This document shows, piece by piece, positions 9,171-17,657 of a stretch of DNA of 64,000 nucleotides. Source of the DNA: Vicinamibacterales bacterium (GTDB lineage Bacteria; Acidobacteriota; Vicinamibacteria; Vicinamibacterales; UBA2999); NCBI GenBank assembly GCA_035646375.1, contig DASRPM010000104.1, positions 4,025-68,024 of the forward strand, written 5' to 3'. Both the position numbers and the translations under genes were made by a program. Position 1 is the stretch's first letter. Every line of letters begins with the position of its first letter. The notes under the pieces are model-generated. The model was given only the letters and a program-made list of their open reading frames with translations. It ran no database searches and had not been told where the DNA came from.

Positions 9171-9419
9171 CTACTCGGTTTCCTTGTCGGAGGCCTGCTG
9201 CCCGTCCTCGTCCTCTTCGTCTTCCTCGTCGGCCTCGCTCTCGTCGTCGTCGTCGAACTCGTCGTCGTCTTCGTCCTTCTGGCCAGGCTCGTTGGCGTCC
9301 GCCTGCGCCATCGGCGCGTCAGGATCGACGCCGACGCTCTCGAGCGCCGGTTCGTCTCGGATGTCTTCGGGCGAGTCTGCGCCGGTGCCGGTGGTCATGT
9401 CTGCCATGGTTTGCTCCAT
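9171..9419 (-). CDS. Small highly acidic hypothetical protein
   Basis: ORF 9171..9476, with start chosen at MEQTMADM. C-terminal run DEDDDEFDDDDESEADEEDEEDEDG. No family recognised. Confidence 0.4.
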   Translation of the reverse strand: MEQTMADMTTGTGADSPEDIRDEPALESVGVDPDAPMAQADANEPGQKDEDDDEFDDDDESEADEEDEEDEDGQQASDKETE

Positions 9420-9549
9420 TCCGCCGGCGCTCAAAGGGAGGCGCGGCGCGACGTGCAGCAGCAAGATCATCGCCACTTGTGTGAGAGCTGAGCCGGCCGC
9501 CCGCTTCGGGCGCGGTCGGCCGGGGTGAGGCGGGGAGGGCCTGTAAGAA

Positions 9550-10101
9550 CTACGGGACCTTGATGGCGAGCGGCACGATCACCGTGCCCCAGTGCAGCCG
9601 CAGCGTCGCGTCCTTGCCGTCCACGGCGGGGAAGTAATACGAGAGTGTTTCCATGTGCGCACCGGCCTCGGTGTTCACCTCGAGCCGCAGCGCGTCCTGC
9701 GTTTGACCGGGATAGGACGTGTGGAAGACGTCCCATTCCTTGTTGAAGATGAACGTCCACGCGCTCTCGCCGGGAATCGTCCACAGGCTGTATTTGCCCT
9801 TGGGCAGCGCCTGCCCGTTTACCTGGACGTCGCGCGTGACGTCGAGCGCCGTCGCGGCGTCGGCCCCTGGATGCCACATCCGCCCGTACGGCACGAGGCT
9901 GCCGAAGAGCGTCCGTCCCCGCGCCACCGGCCGGCCGTAAGTGATGGTGACGTCGGTGTTGGCGATCTTCTGGCTCACCGTGCCGCGCTGGCTGCGCACC
10001 ACCTTGTCGAGCGGGATGATCTCGCCTTGCTGTGCCGAGACCGCGGCCGCGAGCAGAAGTGTGGAAAGACCGACGGCCATCCCCTTCATGATGTTCTCCA
10101 T
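9550..10101 (-). CDS. DUF2911 domain periplasmic protein
   Basis: C-terminal part of track ORF 9550..10995. Start at MENIMKGM (alternative 10089), signal peptide, then ITYGRPVARGRTLFGSLVPYGRMWHPGADAAT and LWTIPGESAWTFIFNKEW. Confidence 0.8.
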   Translation of the reverse strand: MENIMKGMAVGLSTLLLAAAVSAQQGEIIPLDKVVRSQRGTVSQKIANTDVTITYGRPVARGRTLFGSLVPYGRMWHPGADAATALDVTRDVQVNGQALPKGKYSLWTIPGESAWTFIFNKEWDVFHTSYPGQTQDALRLEVNTEAGAHMETLSYYFPAVDGKDATLRLHWGTVIVPLAIKVP

Positions 10102-10104
10102 TCC

Positions 10105-10126
10105 CTGCCCACTCTGCCTACTCCGC
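10105..10126 (-). repeat. 22-nt exact inverted copy of 15454..15475, inside a GGCAGAGTR 9-mer array
   Basis: The reverse complement reads GCGGAGTAGGCAGAGTGGGCAG. Confidence 0.8.
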
Positions 10127-10136
10127 TCACTCTGCC

Positions 10137-10172
10137 ACGTATTCGCGCTTCCTAGGGAAGCGCGAATACGTA
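10137..10172. promoter_or_regulatory. 36-bp perfect palindrome ACGTATTCGCGCTTCCCTAGGGAAGCGCGAATACGT
   Basis: Every position pairs, checked base by base. It contains the last 7 codons and the stop of the PQQ gene ending at 10152. Confidence 0.85.
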
Positions 10173-11924
10173 CAGCTGGCCGGTGTTGCTGGGCTTCAGC
10201 TCCGGGGTGAGGCGGAGCGTCGAGTTCGCCACGAGCGACGGCCCGGTGGTCACTGCGACGTACTGCTTGCCGTCCACGGCAAACACGACGGGGAAGCCGC
10301 TCACTGGAGCGCCCAGGTTCTGCTCCCACAACACCTTGCCGGTCTTGTCGTCGAACGCGCGGAAGCGGCCGTTGGCGTCGCCGCCGAACACCAGCCCGCC
10401 ACCCGTCGAGACGAGCGACATCACGCCGGCACGCTGTTCGTATTTCCACAGCGTCCTGCCGGTCTCGACCGAGATCGCCCACACGGCGCCGACCTTGTCC
10501 GTCCCCTCCGCGATTTCGCCCGGCATGTTGAGGCCATACACGCGAGCGGGGTCGCGCTTGTCGGTGGTGGTCTTCGCCTTCATGCACATGTTCTGCATCG
10601 GCATGAACATCACGTTGCTGCGCGGGTTGTAGGCGCCCGCCGGCCAGTTCTTGCCGCCGTTGCTGCTCGGACAGATCAGCTTTTCTTCGTCGATCTTCGT
10701 GAACAGCTTGTCGGGATTGACGAACACCTCGCCGGTGGCGCCGTCGATCTTCGTGATGACGTTCTGCATCACGGTCGGGCGCGCCCACAGGAACTCGCCG
10801 GTCGTCCGGTCCAGCGTGTAGACGAGCCCCGTCTTGCCGGGGATGCCGGTGATCACCTTGCGGCGCTCGCCCGGCTTGATGCGCGGGTTGATCCACGGCA
10901 CTTCCTTCGGGTCGGGCGAAACGGCCGTTTCCACCAGCAGGCGCTCGAACGGGTGATCGAGATCCCAGTGGTCGACGACGTGCTGGTAGTACCACTTGAT
11001 CTTGCCGCTGTCGGCGTCGATGGCCAGCGTCGAGTTGTGGTACAGGTGCTTCTTGTCGTTGCCCCCGAGCGTGAACTTCGGCGCCGGGATCGTCACCGAC
11101 GTGCCGACGAAGATCGTGTTCGTCTCAGGGTCGTAGCTCGGCACCATCCACGTGCCCACGTGCCAGCGCTCGTTCATCGGCACGTCGCCCCACGTGTCGT
11201 AGCCGAACTCGCCGGGCAGCGGGATCGTGCGCGCGCGCCACAGCTCCTTGCCGGTCTTGGCGTCGTGCGCGGTGACGATGCAGGCGTCGTTGCCGGCCTG
11301 CGGCTGGCACTGACGGCCTTCGATCACCTTGCCATTGGCGATGATCGGGCCCGAGCTCGCCGACGCGCGCGCGGTCGCGTCGAGCACCTTCGTTTCCCAC
11401 ACCAGGCTGCCGGTCCGCGCGTCGATCGCGTACATCTGGTTGTCGGCGCCGGCGTCGATGAGGGTGGTGCCCCAGATGGCGATGTTGCGGTTGGTGCCGC
11501 CGCGCACGCCCTCGGGCAGCTTGCGCCGGTTCTCCCAGAGCAGGTCGCCGGTCTTGGCGTTGATCGCCTGGATGTAGTCGGCCGGGCCCGGCGCGTACAT
11601 CACGCCGTCGTAGACGAGCGGCGTCGATTCCATGTTGCCGGCGCCCATCCCGCGGGCCCACACCATCTTCAGCCTGCCGACGTTGGTGCGATCGATCTGA
11701 TCGAGCGGGCTGAAGCCGTGGCTGTCGAGCGTGCGGCGCCACGACAGCCAGTTCGACGGGCTCGGCTTCCACAGCATCTCGTCGGTCACCGGCACGAAGC
11801 CGCGGTCGCCGCCGTTGGGCGGCGGCGTCGACCCCGGTCCCGCCGCCCTCGCCGGCGCTTGCGCCTGCGCTGCCACGGCCCACACCAGCAATGCCACCAC
11901 GACCCACGGATTCGTTCGCTGCAT
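10152..11924 (-). CDS. PQQ-type eight-bladed beta-propeller dehydrogenase, paralog 2 (periplasmic)
   Basis: Signal peptide; STPLVYDGVMY, TGDLLWE and TGKELWR repeats; KWYYQHVVDHWDLDHP active-site-like segment. Confidence 0.8.
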   Translation of the reverse strand: MQRTNPWVVVALLVWAVAAQAQAPARAAGPGSTPPPNGGDRGFVPVTDEMLWKPSPSNWLSWRRTLDSHGFSPLDQIDRTNVGRLKMVWARGMGAGNMESTPLVYDGVMYAPGPADYIQAINAKTGDLLWENRRKLPEGVRGGTNRNIAIWGTTLIDAGADNQMYAIDARTGSLVWETKVLDATARASASSGPIIANGKVIEGRQCQPQAGNDACIVTAHDAKTGKELWRARTIPLPGEFGYDTWGDVPMNERWHVGTWMVPSYDPETNTIFVGTSVTIPAPKFTLGGNDKKHLYHNSTLAIDADSGKIKWYYQHVVDHWDLDHPFERLLVETAVSPDPKEVPWINPRIKPGERRKVITGIPGKTGLVYTLDRTTGEFLWARPTVMQNVITKIDGATGEVFVNPDKLFTKIDEEKLICPSSNGGKNWPAGAYNPRSNVMFMPMQNMCMKAKTTTDKRDPARVYGLNMPGEIAEGTDKVGAVWAISVETGRTLWKYEQRAGVMSLVSTGGGLVFGGDANGRFRAFDDKTGKVLWEQNLGAPVSGFPVVFAVDGKQYVAVTTGPSLVANSTLRLTPELKPSNTGQLYVFALP

Positions 11925-11938
11925 TGGTTCTCACCCCG

Positions 11939-11956
11939 GCAGACCTGAAGGTCTGC
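11939..11956 (-). terminator. Hairpin GCAGACC-tgaa-GGTCTGC (intra-operon terminator or attenuator candidate)
   Basis: 7-bp perfect stem in the 114-bp gap between the hydrolase stop and the PQQ paralog 2 start. Confidence 0.4.
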
Positions 11957-12038
11957 AGCTACGGATGGCGGTTCCCTTTGTGGCTGCAGACATTCACGCC
12001 TGCCCGCCGAAGCGAGACTGTATCAGAGCCTGATGTGT

Positions 12039-13019
12039 TCAGCGACTTTCCAACGGCACGTGCTTCACCAACGAGGCACTGACAGGTTTCGGCTGCGTCG
12101 AAAGGTGGCGGCGGAAAAACTCGTCGGCCTCGCCGTGGGCTTTGGCGGCAGCGGGAGCATGGCGCCAGGTGCCGTCCGGTGTCCGGCCATCCCACGCAAA
12201 GCAGTGGCGTTCGCCGGCGTGACTGTTCACGGCGACACGCTTCTCGGCCCGTCGTAATTCGGGCACCAACACTTCGGCGTTCCACCGATTCAGCGGGCTC
12301 TGTTCATCGCCCTGCACGATCAGGATGGGACTGCGGATCGTCGCAATCTTGCCCCGCGTAAACCTCTGGTATTTCTCGGAGAAGTGCCGCGCGGGATCGG
12401 CCACGATCGGCATCGAGTCCTGCGGCGTGAATCGCTCTCCGGCCTTGGGAACGTCCTGGTTGAACACGCCTGTGAACATCATGCTGGCGGGCTCTTCGGC
12501 GACAATCGCCGCGACATCGGTGGTCGTGGCGATCTCGAGCGCAAGGTCTCCGCCGCCGCTGCAGCCGATCAACCCGATGCTCTTCGCGTCGACGAAATCG
12601 AGCTTTCGGACGTAGTCGACCGTCGCTGCCACGTCGTTCGCCGACACGCTCGACTGCGGGTCCACCTCACGGCTTCGGTATGTCGTCAGGGCAACGACGT
12701 AGCCCGCCGCGAGAAACCGCGACGGAGGAGCCGCGCGCAACATGTACTCGGTCAGCGCGGTCTGCGAAAACGTGGTCATGCCTGGATGAACGATGACGAC
12801 GGCCGGAAACGGGCCGTTGCCCGGCGGCCGTCGCAGGAGTGCAAGACCCCGGTGGTTATCCTTCGCAACCGGGTTGACGACTTGCAGCGGGGAGCTCTCC
12901 GGGGACACGTCGGGACGCGTCCCGGGATCGATCGCCAACAACTGGCTCGTCGCGAGACGAACGGAACAGGTCAGCACGACGCCGGCCAACGCGGCTGTGA
13001 CGATGGTGGTCGCTCTCAT
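12039..13019 (-). CDS. Secreted alpha/beta hydrolase (dienelactone hydrolase / S9-like)
   Basis: Start at MRATTIV with a signal peptide. FPAVVIVHPG, the GCSGGGDLA nucleophile motif, and PILIVQGDEQ. Confidence 0.8.
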   Translation of the reverse strand: MRATTIVTAALAGVVLTCSVRLATSQLLAIDPGTRPDVSPESSPLQVVNPVAKDNHRGLALLRRPPGNGPFPAVVIVHPGMTTFSQTALTEYMLRAAPPSRFLAAGYVVALTTYRSREVDPQSSVSANDVAATVDYVRKLDFVDAKSIGLIGCSGGGDLALEIATTTDVAAIVAEEPASMMFTGVFNQDVPKAGERFTPQDSMPIVADPARHFSEKYQRFTRGKIATIRSPILIVQGDEQSPLNRWNAEVLVPELRRAEKRVAVNSHAGERHCFAWDGRTPDGTWRHAPAAAKAHGEADEFFRRHLSTQPKPVSASLVKHVPLESR

Positions 13020-13035
13020 GCCAGTCGCCTTTCGC

Positions 13036-14766
13036 TCAGGGGAGCGCAAACACGTACATCTGGTTCGTCGCGCTCGGCTTGATCTCGGGGGTCGTGAAGT
13101 TGACGCCGCCGGCGACGAGCGACGGCCCGGTGCTCACCGCCACGTACTGCTTGCCGTTCACGGCGAACGTCACCGGGTAGCCGCTGACCGGCGAGCCGAG
13201 GTTCACTTCCCAGAGCACTTTGCCCGTACGGTCGTCGAAGGCGCGAAAGCGGCCTGCGGTGTCGCCGCCGAACACCAGCCCGCCGCCGGTGGCCAGCAGC
13301 GACAGCGCCCCGGCCCGCTGTGAATACTTCCACGCGGTGGCGCCCGTTTCTACCGAGATCGCGTGCACGGTGCCCGCGTCGGTGACGCCGGGTGCCAGCA
13401 TGCCTCGGGCGCTGATGTCGTAGAGAGACGAGCCGGGCGGCAGCGACTTGGCTTCCATGCACAGGTTCTGCAGCGGGAAATACATCAGGCCGGTGGCCGG
13501 GCTGTAAGCCCCGGCCGGCCAGTTCTTGCCGCCGTTCATGCCGGGGCACACCTGACGCGTCTGCCCCTCGGCGGTGAACATCACATCAGTGTTCTCGGTC
13601 ACCGCCCCGGTTGTGCCGTCGATCTTCGAGACGACGTTCTGGTGCACGGTTGGCCGCGCCCACAGGAACTCGCCGGTCTTGCGATCGAGGGTGTAGACGA
13701 TGCCGGTCTTGCCTGGGATGCCGGTGAGCACCTGACGCTTCTCGCCCGGCTTGATCCGCGGGTTGATCCAGAGCACCTCTTTCGCATTCGGCGCCACGGC
13801 CGTATCGATCAGCAGCCGCTCGAACGGATGATCGAGGTCCCAGTGATCGACCAGGTGCTGGTAGTACCACTCGATCTTGCCGGTGTCGGCGTTCAGGGCC
13901 AGCGTAGAGTTGTGGTACAGGTACTTCTTGTCGTTGCCGGCGAGCGCGTACTTCGGGGCCGGCGACGAGACCGACGTGCCGATGTAAATCAAGTTGAGCT
14001 GCGGGTCGTAGCTCGGCACCATCCACGTCCCCACATGGATGCGTTTGTCCTCCGGCAGGTCTCCCCACGTCTCGGCGCCGGGCTCACCTGGGCGCGGAAT
14101 GGTGCGCGTGCGCCACAACTCTTTGCCCGTTTTCGCATCGTGGGCGGTGACGACGCACGCGTCGGCGCCACCCTCGGGTTCGCAGCCACGCCCCGAGATC
14201 ACTTTGCCGTTGGCGATGATGGGCCCCGAGGTCTGCTGCGCGCCCTTCTGATAGTCGAGAATCTTGGTTTCCCACCGGACGGCGCCGCTCTTCACGTCGA
14301 GCGCGAAGACGTAGTCGTCGGCGCTCGTGTCGATCACGGTGTCGCCGTAAATCGCCATGTTGCGATTGATCGCGAAGACCGGCATGAACTTGCCGAGGTC
14401 CTCTGGCAGCTTGCGGCGGTACTCCCACAGCAGCTCGCCGCTCTTCGCGTCGAGCGCCTGGACGTAGTCGCTCGGATTCGGCAGGTACATCACGCCGTTG
14501 TAGACAAGCGGTGTCGCTTCCTGCACGTTGCCGGGTCCCATGCCGCGCGTCCACGTCATCTTCAGCTGCGCGACGTTCCTCTTGTCGATCTGATTGAGGG
14601 GGCTGTAGCCGGCGCTGTCGAGGGTGCGACGCCACATCAGCCAATCGGCCGGGTTCGGCTTCCACAACATCTCGTCGGTGACCGGCACATAGGGCCGCGT
14701 CTGCTGTGCGCCAGCCGCGACCGTGCCGATCGAAACCGCTGCGAGGATCCAGAGAGCTCTACGCAT
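13036..14766 (-). CDS. PQQ-type eight-bladed beta-propeller dehydrogenase, paralog 1 (periplasmic)
   Basis: Collinear with and closely similar to 10152..11924; same HLVDHWDLDHP segment; signal peptide. Confidence 0.8.
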   Translation of the reverse strand: MRRALWILAAVSIGTVAAGAQQTRPYVPVTDEMLWKPNPADWLMWRRTLDSAGYSPLNQIDKRNVAQLKMTWTRGMGPGNVQEATPLVYNGVMYLPNPSDYVQALDAKSGELLWEYRRKLPEDLGKFMPVFAINRNMAIYGDTVIDTSADDYVFALDVKSGAVRWETKILDYQKGAQQTSGPIIANGKVISGRGCEPEGGADACVVTAHDAKTGKELWRTRTIPRPGEPGAETWGDLPEDKRIHVGTWMVPSYDPQLNLIYIGTSVSSPAPKYALAGNDKKYLYHNSTLALNADTGKIEWYYQHLVDHWDLDHPFERLLIDTAVAPNAKEVLWINPRIKPGEKRQVLTGIPGKTGIVYTLDRKTGEFLWARPTVHQNVVSKIDGTTGAVTENTDVMFTAEGQTRQVCPGMNGGKNWPAGAYSPATGLMYFPLQNLCMEAKSLPPGSSLYDISARGMLAPGVTDAGTVHAISVETGATAWKYSQRAGALSLLATGGGLVFGGDTAGRFRAFDDRTGKVLWEVNLGSPVSGYPVTFAVNGKQYVAVSTGPSLVAGGVNFTTPEIKPSATNQMYVFALP

Positions 14767-14779
14767 GACGTCGTCCCCT

Positions 14780-15418
14780 TTACCAGAACTTCCACCGGGA
14801 GCGCGATCGCTTGTAGCGGGCGAGCGGCACGGTCTCGGGCGCCAGCAGCGTGGGGTCGATCGGGCCTTCGATGGTGTAGCCGAAGAGCGCCGCCAGGGCG
14901 GCCTCGCCCAGGTCCAGCGGGTGGAACGGAAACGGGTAGCTGTCCTTCTCGTCGTCGTCCACCGCCGGGTGCCGTCCGGACCAGTACGGCTCCTCGAACG
15001 GCTGCCGCGGGCCGATGTCCTCGAGGATGCCGCTGTCCGGCGAGAGGCTGAGCGAACGGACCAGCGTGCCGTCGGCCCACTGCGCGTAGGCGAACCAGTC
15101 CACCACGCTGTGCATCGCGTGGAGCGTCAGCGTTCCTCGGCGCGCGGCGATGAACCGTGGCGGCAGCTTCGACGGATAGTCGCCGCCGAATTCGCTGGCC
15201 GCGATCACCGACACCCCGTCGAAGCAGCCGGCACAGATCTCGTTGTCGGGAGGGCAGGTGAACGACAGGTCGCCGTCGTCGAGCGGCGTCAGCTTCTCGT
15301 CCGGGAAGAGCGTGCCGACGAATGCGGCGGTGGCGTCACGGTCGAGGGGCGGGCGGCGCTGCAAGACTTCGCGCGCGCTCCCGTCCGCGTAGACGAGCAT
15401 CCAGGTTTTGGCGCCCAC
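14780..15418 (-). CDS. Conserved hypothetical cytoplasmic protein (212 aa); possibly a DUF6928-like family (name from memory, uncertain)
   Basis: C-terminal part of track ORF 14780..16153. GTG start gives MGAKTWMLVYADG (alternative ATG at 15400). Sits 13 nt upstream of PQQ paralog 1. Confidence 0.55.
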   Translation of the reverse strand: MGAKTWMLVYADGSAREVLQRRPPLDRDATAAFVGTLFPDEKLTPLDDGDLSFTCPPDNEICAGCFDGVSVIAASEFGGDYPSKLPPRFIAARRGTLTLHAMHSVVDWFAYAQWADGTLVRSLSLSPDSGILEDIGPRQPFEEPYWSGRHPAVDDDEKDSYPFPFHPLDLGEAALAALFGYTIEGPIDPTLLAPETVPLARYKRSRSRWKFW

Positions 15419-15452
15419 CGGCGGGATATTCGCATACTCTGAACGCACTGGA

Positions 15453-15493
15453 GGCGGAGTAGGCAGAGTGGGCAGAGTAGGCAGAGTGAAGAG
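15453..15493 (+). repeat. 9-mer array GGCGGAGTA GGCAGAGTG GGCAGAGTA GGCAGAGTG in a divergent intergenic region
   Basis: Read directly; contains the 22-nt match (15454..15475) to 10105..10126. Confidence 0.8.
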
Positions 15494-15535
15494 AACACGA
15501 GCCCGAAGGCCAAAAGCCGAAGGCCCAAGGCCGGC

Positions 15536-16363
15536 GTGAACGCTGTCATCACTGGTCCAACATCCGGTATCGGCCTTCAGATTGCACGAGACCTGGCCGC
15601 CATGGGCGCGCGGCTCGTGCTGGCCTGCCGGGATCTCGCCAAAGGCGGCGCGGTCGCGGCCGAGCTGCGAGGCATCGGATCCCCGGACGTGGTCGTCGAG
15701 GCGCTCGATGCGGCGAGCGCGGCATCCATCGCGGCTCTGGCTCGTGCCTGTGCGGCCAATCTTCCCCGCATCGACGTGCTGGTGAACAATGCGGGTGTGG
15801 CCAACGGGGAGCGGCACGTCACGCCCGACGGTTTCGAGCTGACCTTTGCCACCAACGTGCTCGGCTACCACCGCCTGTCGCTTGCGCTGCTCGAACAGCT
15901 GCGCGTCGGAGCCCCGGCGCGGATCGTAAACGTCGCGTCCACGTTTGCCGGCGACCTCGATCTCGACGATCTCCAGTTCGAACGCCGCCCGTACGACGAG
16001 CTCCAGGCCTACGCGCAATCGAAGGCGTGCAACCGGCTGCTCACGTGGGCGCTGGCGCGCCGTGTCGCGGGCACCGGTGTCACGGCCAACGCGATGGCGC
16101 CCGGATTCGTCCCCGCCACCGGCCTGTCGCGTGGTCTGTCGCCCGATGTGCAACGCGCCTATGCCGGCCGCACCGGTCGCAGCCTGCGGGAAGGCGCCGA
16201 TACGGCGACGTGGCTCGCGTCCAGCCGCGACGTCGACGGCGTGAACGGCCGCTTCTTCTTCGACCGTCGTGAACGGCCGTGCGAGCTGCGGAACCAGGAG
16301 ACCGAGGAGCGATTGTGGCGGATGGTGACCCCCGACGACCCGACGCGCGGAGCCTCGCGATGA
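15536..16363 (+). CDS. SDR family oxidoreductase
   Basis: ITGPTSGIGLQIA, VLVNNAGV, YAQSKACN. Confidence 0.85.
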   Translation: MNAVITGPTSGIGLQIARDLAAMGARLVLACRDLAKGGAVAAELRGIGSPDVVVEALDAASAASIAALARACAANLPRIDVLVNNAGVANGERHVTPDGFELTFATNVLGYHRLSLALLEQLRVGAPARIVNVASTFAGDLDLDDLQFERRPYDELQAYAQSKACNRLLTWALARRVAGTGVTANAMAPGFVPATGLSRGLSPDVQRAYAGRTGRSLREGADTATWLASSRDVDGVNGRFFFDRRERPCELRNQETEERLWRMVTPDDPTRGASR

Positions 16364-17433
16364 GATCGCGCACCGTTCAGCACGCCGGCTTCCTGTTCAT
16401 GCTGGTCGTCGTCACGCTCGCCTTTGGCGTGCTCGTCGCCAATTTCGTGGTGCCGGTGTTCTGGGCGGCGGTGCTGGCGATCGTCTTCCGCCCGGTCGAG
16501 CGCTGGCTGGGAGCGAAGTTCGGCCACAAACGTCCGAACTCCTCGGCCGCGCTGACACTGGTGCTCGTCATCTTCGTCGTGTTCGTTCCGCTCGGGTTCG
16601 TCGCCGTGGCGGTGTCGCGCGAGGCGGTGGGGCTGTACGAGCGCTTCACGTCCGGCGAGCTCGCGGTGTCGGACGCGATGGATCGCTGGGTGCCGGCGCT
16701 CGTGCGCTTCGGCGCCCGTTTCGGGATCACGCCGGCCACCGTCCGCGGCAACGTCGCGGACGCGGCAACGGCGGTTGGCCAGTTCGTCGCCTCCAGCGCG
16801 TTGATGTTCGGGCAGGGCGCCATCAGGGCCGCGGGCCAGTTCGGCCTGATGCTCTACGTGCTGTTCTTCTTCCTGCGCGACGGCGATCAGCTGTTACGGC
16901 AGATCGGGCGCGCGCTGCCGCTCGGCGACGCGCGCGAGAAGGCGCTCTTCGAGCGCTTCACCGCCGTCACGCGCGCGACCCTCAAGGGCACGCTGGTGGT
17001 CGGCGCCGTGCAGGGCACGCTTGGCGGCGTCATCTTCGCGCTGCTCGGGCTCGACGCCCCGGCGTTCTGGGGCGTGATGATGATGGCGTGCTCGCTCATC
17101 CCGGTGATCGGGCCCACCACCATCTGGCTGCCGACGTCGATCATCCTGATCGTCAGCGGCTCGATCGCCAAAGGGATCACGCTGCTCGCGCTCGGCACCT
17201 TCGTCATCGCGCTCACCGACAACCTGCTGCGCCCGATCCTCGTCGGCCGGGAAACGCGCATGCCCGATTACGTGGTGCTGCTCTCCACGCTGGGCGGCCT
17301 CACACTGTTCGGGCTGTCAGGGTTCGTCGCCGGTCCGGCCATCGCGGCGCTCTTCATCACGACGTGGGACATGTTCGCGCGCGAGTACGCCCCCGCCGAT
17401 CGCACGACGAAGCCGCTGAAGCCCGAAGCATAG
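16360..17433 (+). CDS. AI-2E family transporter (PerM/UPF0118)
   Basis: Start at MRSRTVQ with an ATGA overlap on the SDR stop. Multi-TM with a typical AI-2E layout (…LIPVIGPTTIWLP…). Confidence 0.8.
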   Translation: MRSRTVQHAGFLFMLVVVTLAFGVLVANFVVPVFWAAVLAIVFRPVERWLGAKFGHKRPNSSAALTLVLVIFVVFVPLGFVAVAVSREAVGLYERFTSGELAVSDAMDRWVPALVRFGARFGITPATVRGNVADAATAVGQFVASSALMFGQGAIRAAGQFGLMLYVLFFFLRDGDQLLRQIGRALPLGDAREKALFERFTAVTRATLKGTLVVGAVQGTLGGVIFALLGLDAPAFWGVMMMACSLIPVIGPTTIWLPTSIILIVSGSIAKGITLLALGTFVIALTDNLLRPILVGRETRMPDYVVLLSTLGGLTLFGLSGFVAGPAIAALFITTWDMFAREYAPADRTTKPLKPEA

Positions 17434-17657
17434 GCCTTAAGTCTTAAGCCCTAAGACCTGAGCCCTAAGGCCGGCAGATATACAGCTGAGTTTCATTGCA
17501 AGACATTCAAGCGCTTTCTGCCCGAGGTTCTGCAACTCGGCCGTTGATGTGGCCGTGCTGGGGCCCGCGATCGCCCGATTTCCCAGCCAACTGAGGCGCG
17601 TCATATCCCCTTGGTACCGGATGGATCGGGTACGCGCGTTGCCTCTACCTTTCGGCG

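Noticed and set aside
10152-14766. Annotating the PQQ paralogs as XoxF/MxaF methanol dehydrogenase
   Set aside because: They lack the vicinal Cys-Cys, no xoxJ/xoxG-like cytochrome or periplasmic-binding partner is adjacent, and similarity was judged by eye only. They are kept as generic quinoprotein-type propellers.
17434-17657. Riboswitch or sRNA upstream of otsA, and sigma-54 promoters near 61882..62082
   Set aside because: This is a lower-GC leader with small stems, but I could not match any known riboswitch consensus. Candidate GG/GC elements had the wrong spacing for sigma-54, so the evidence is insufficient.
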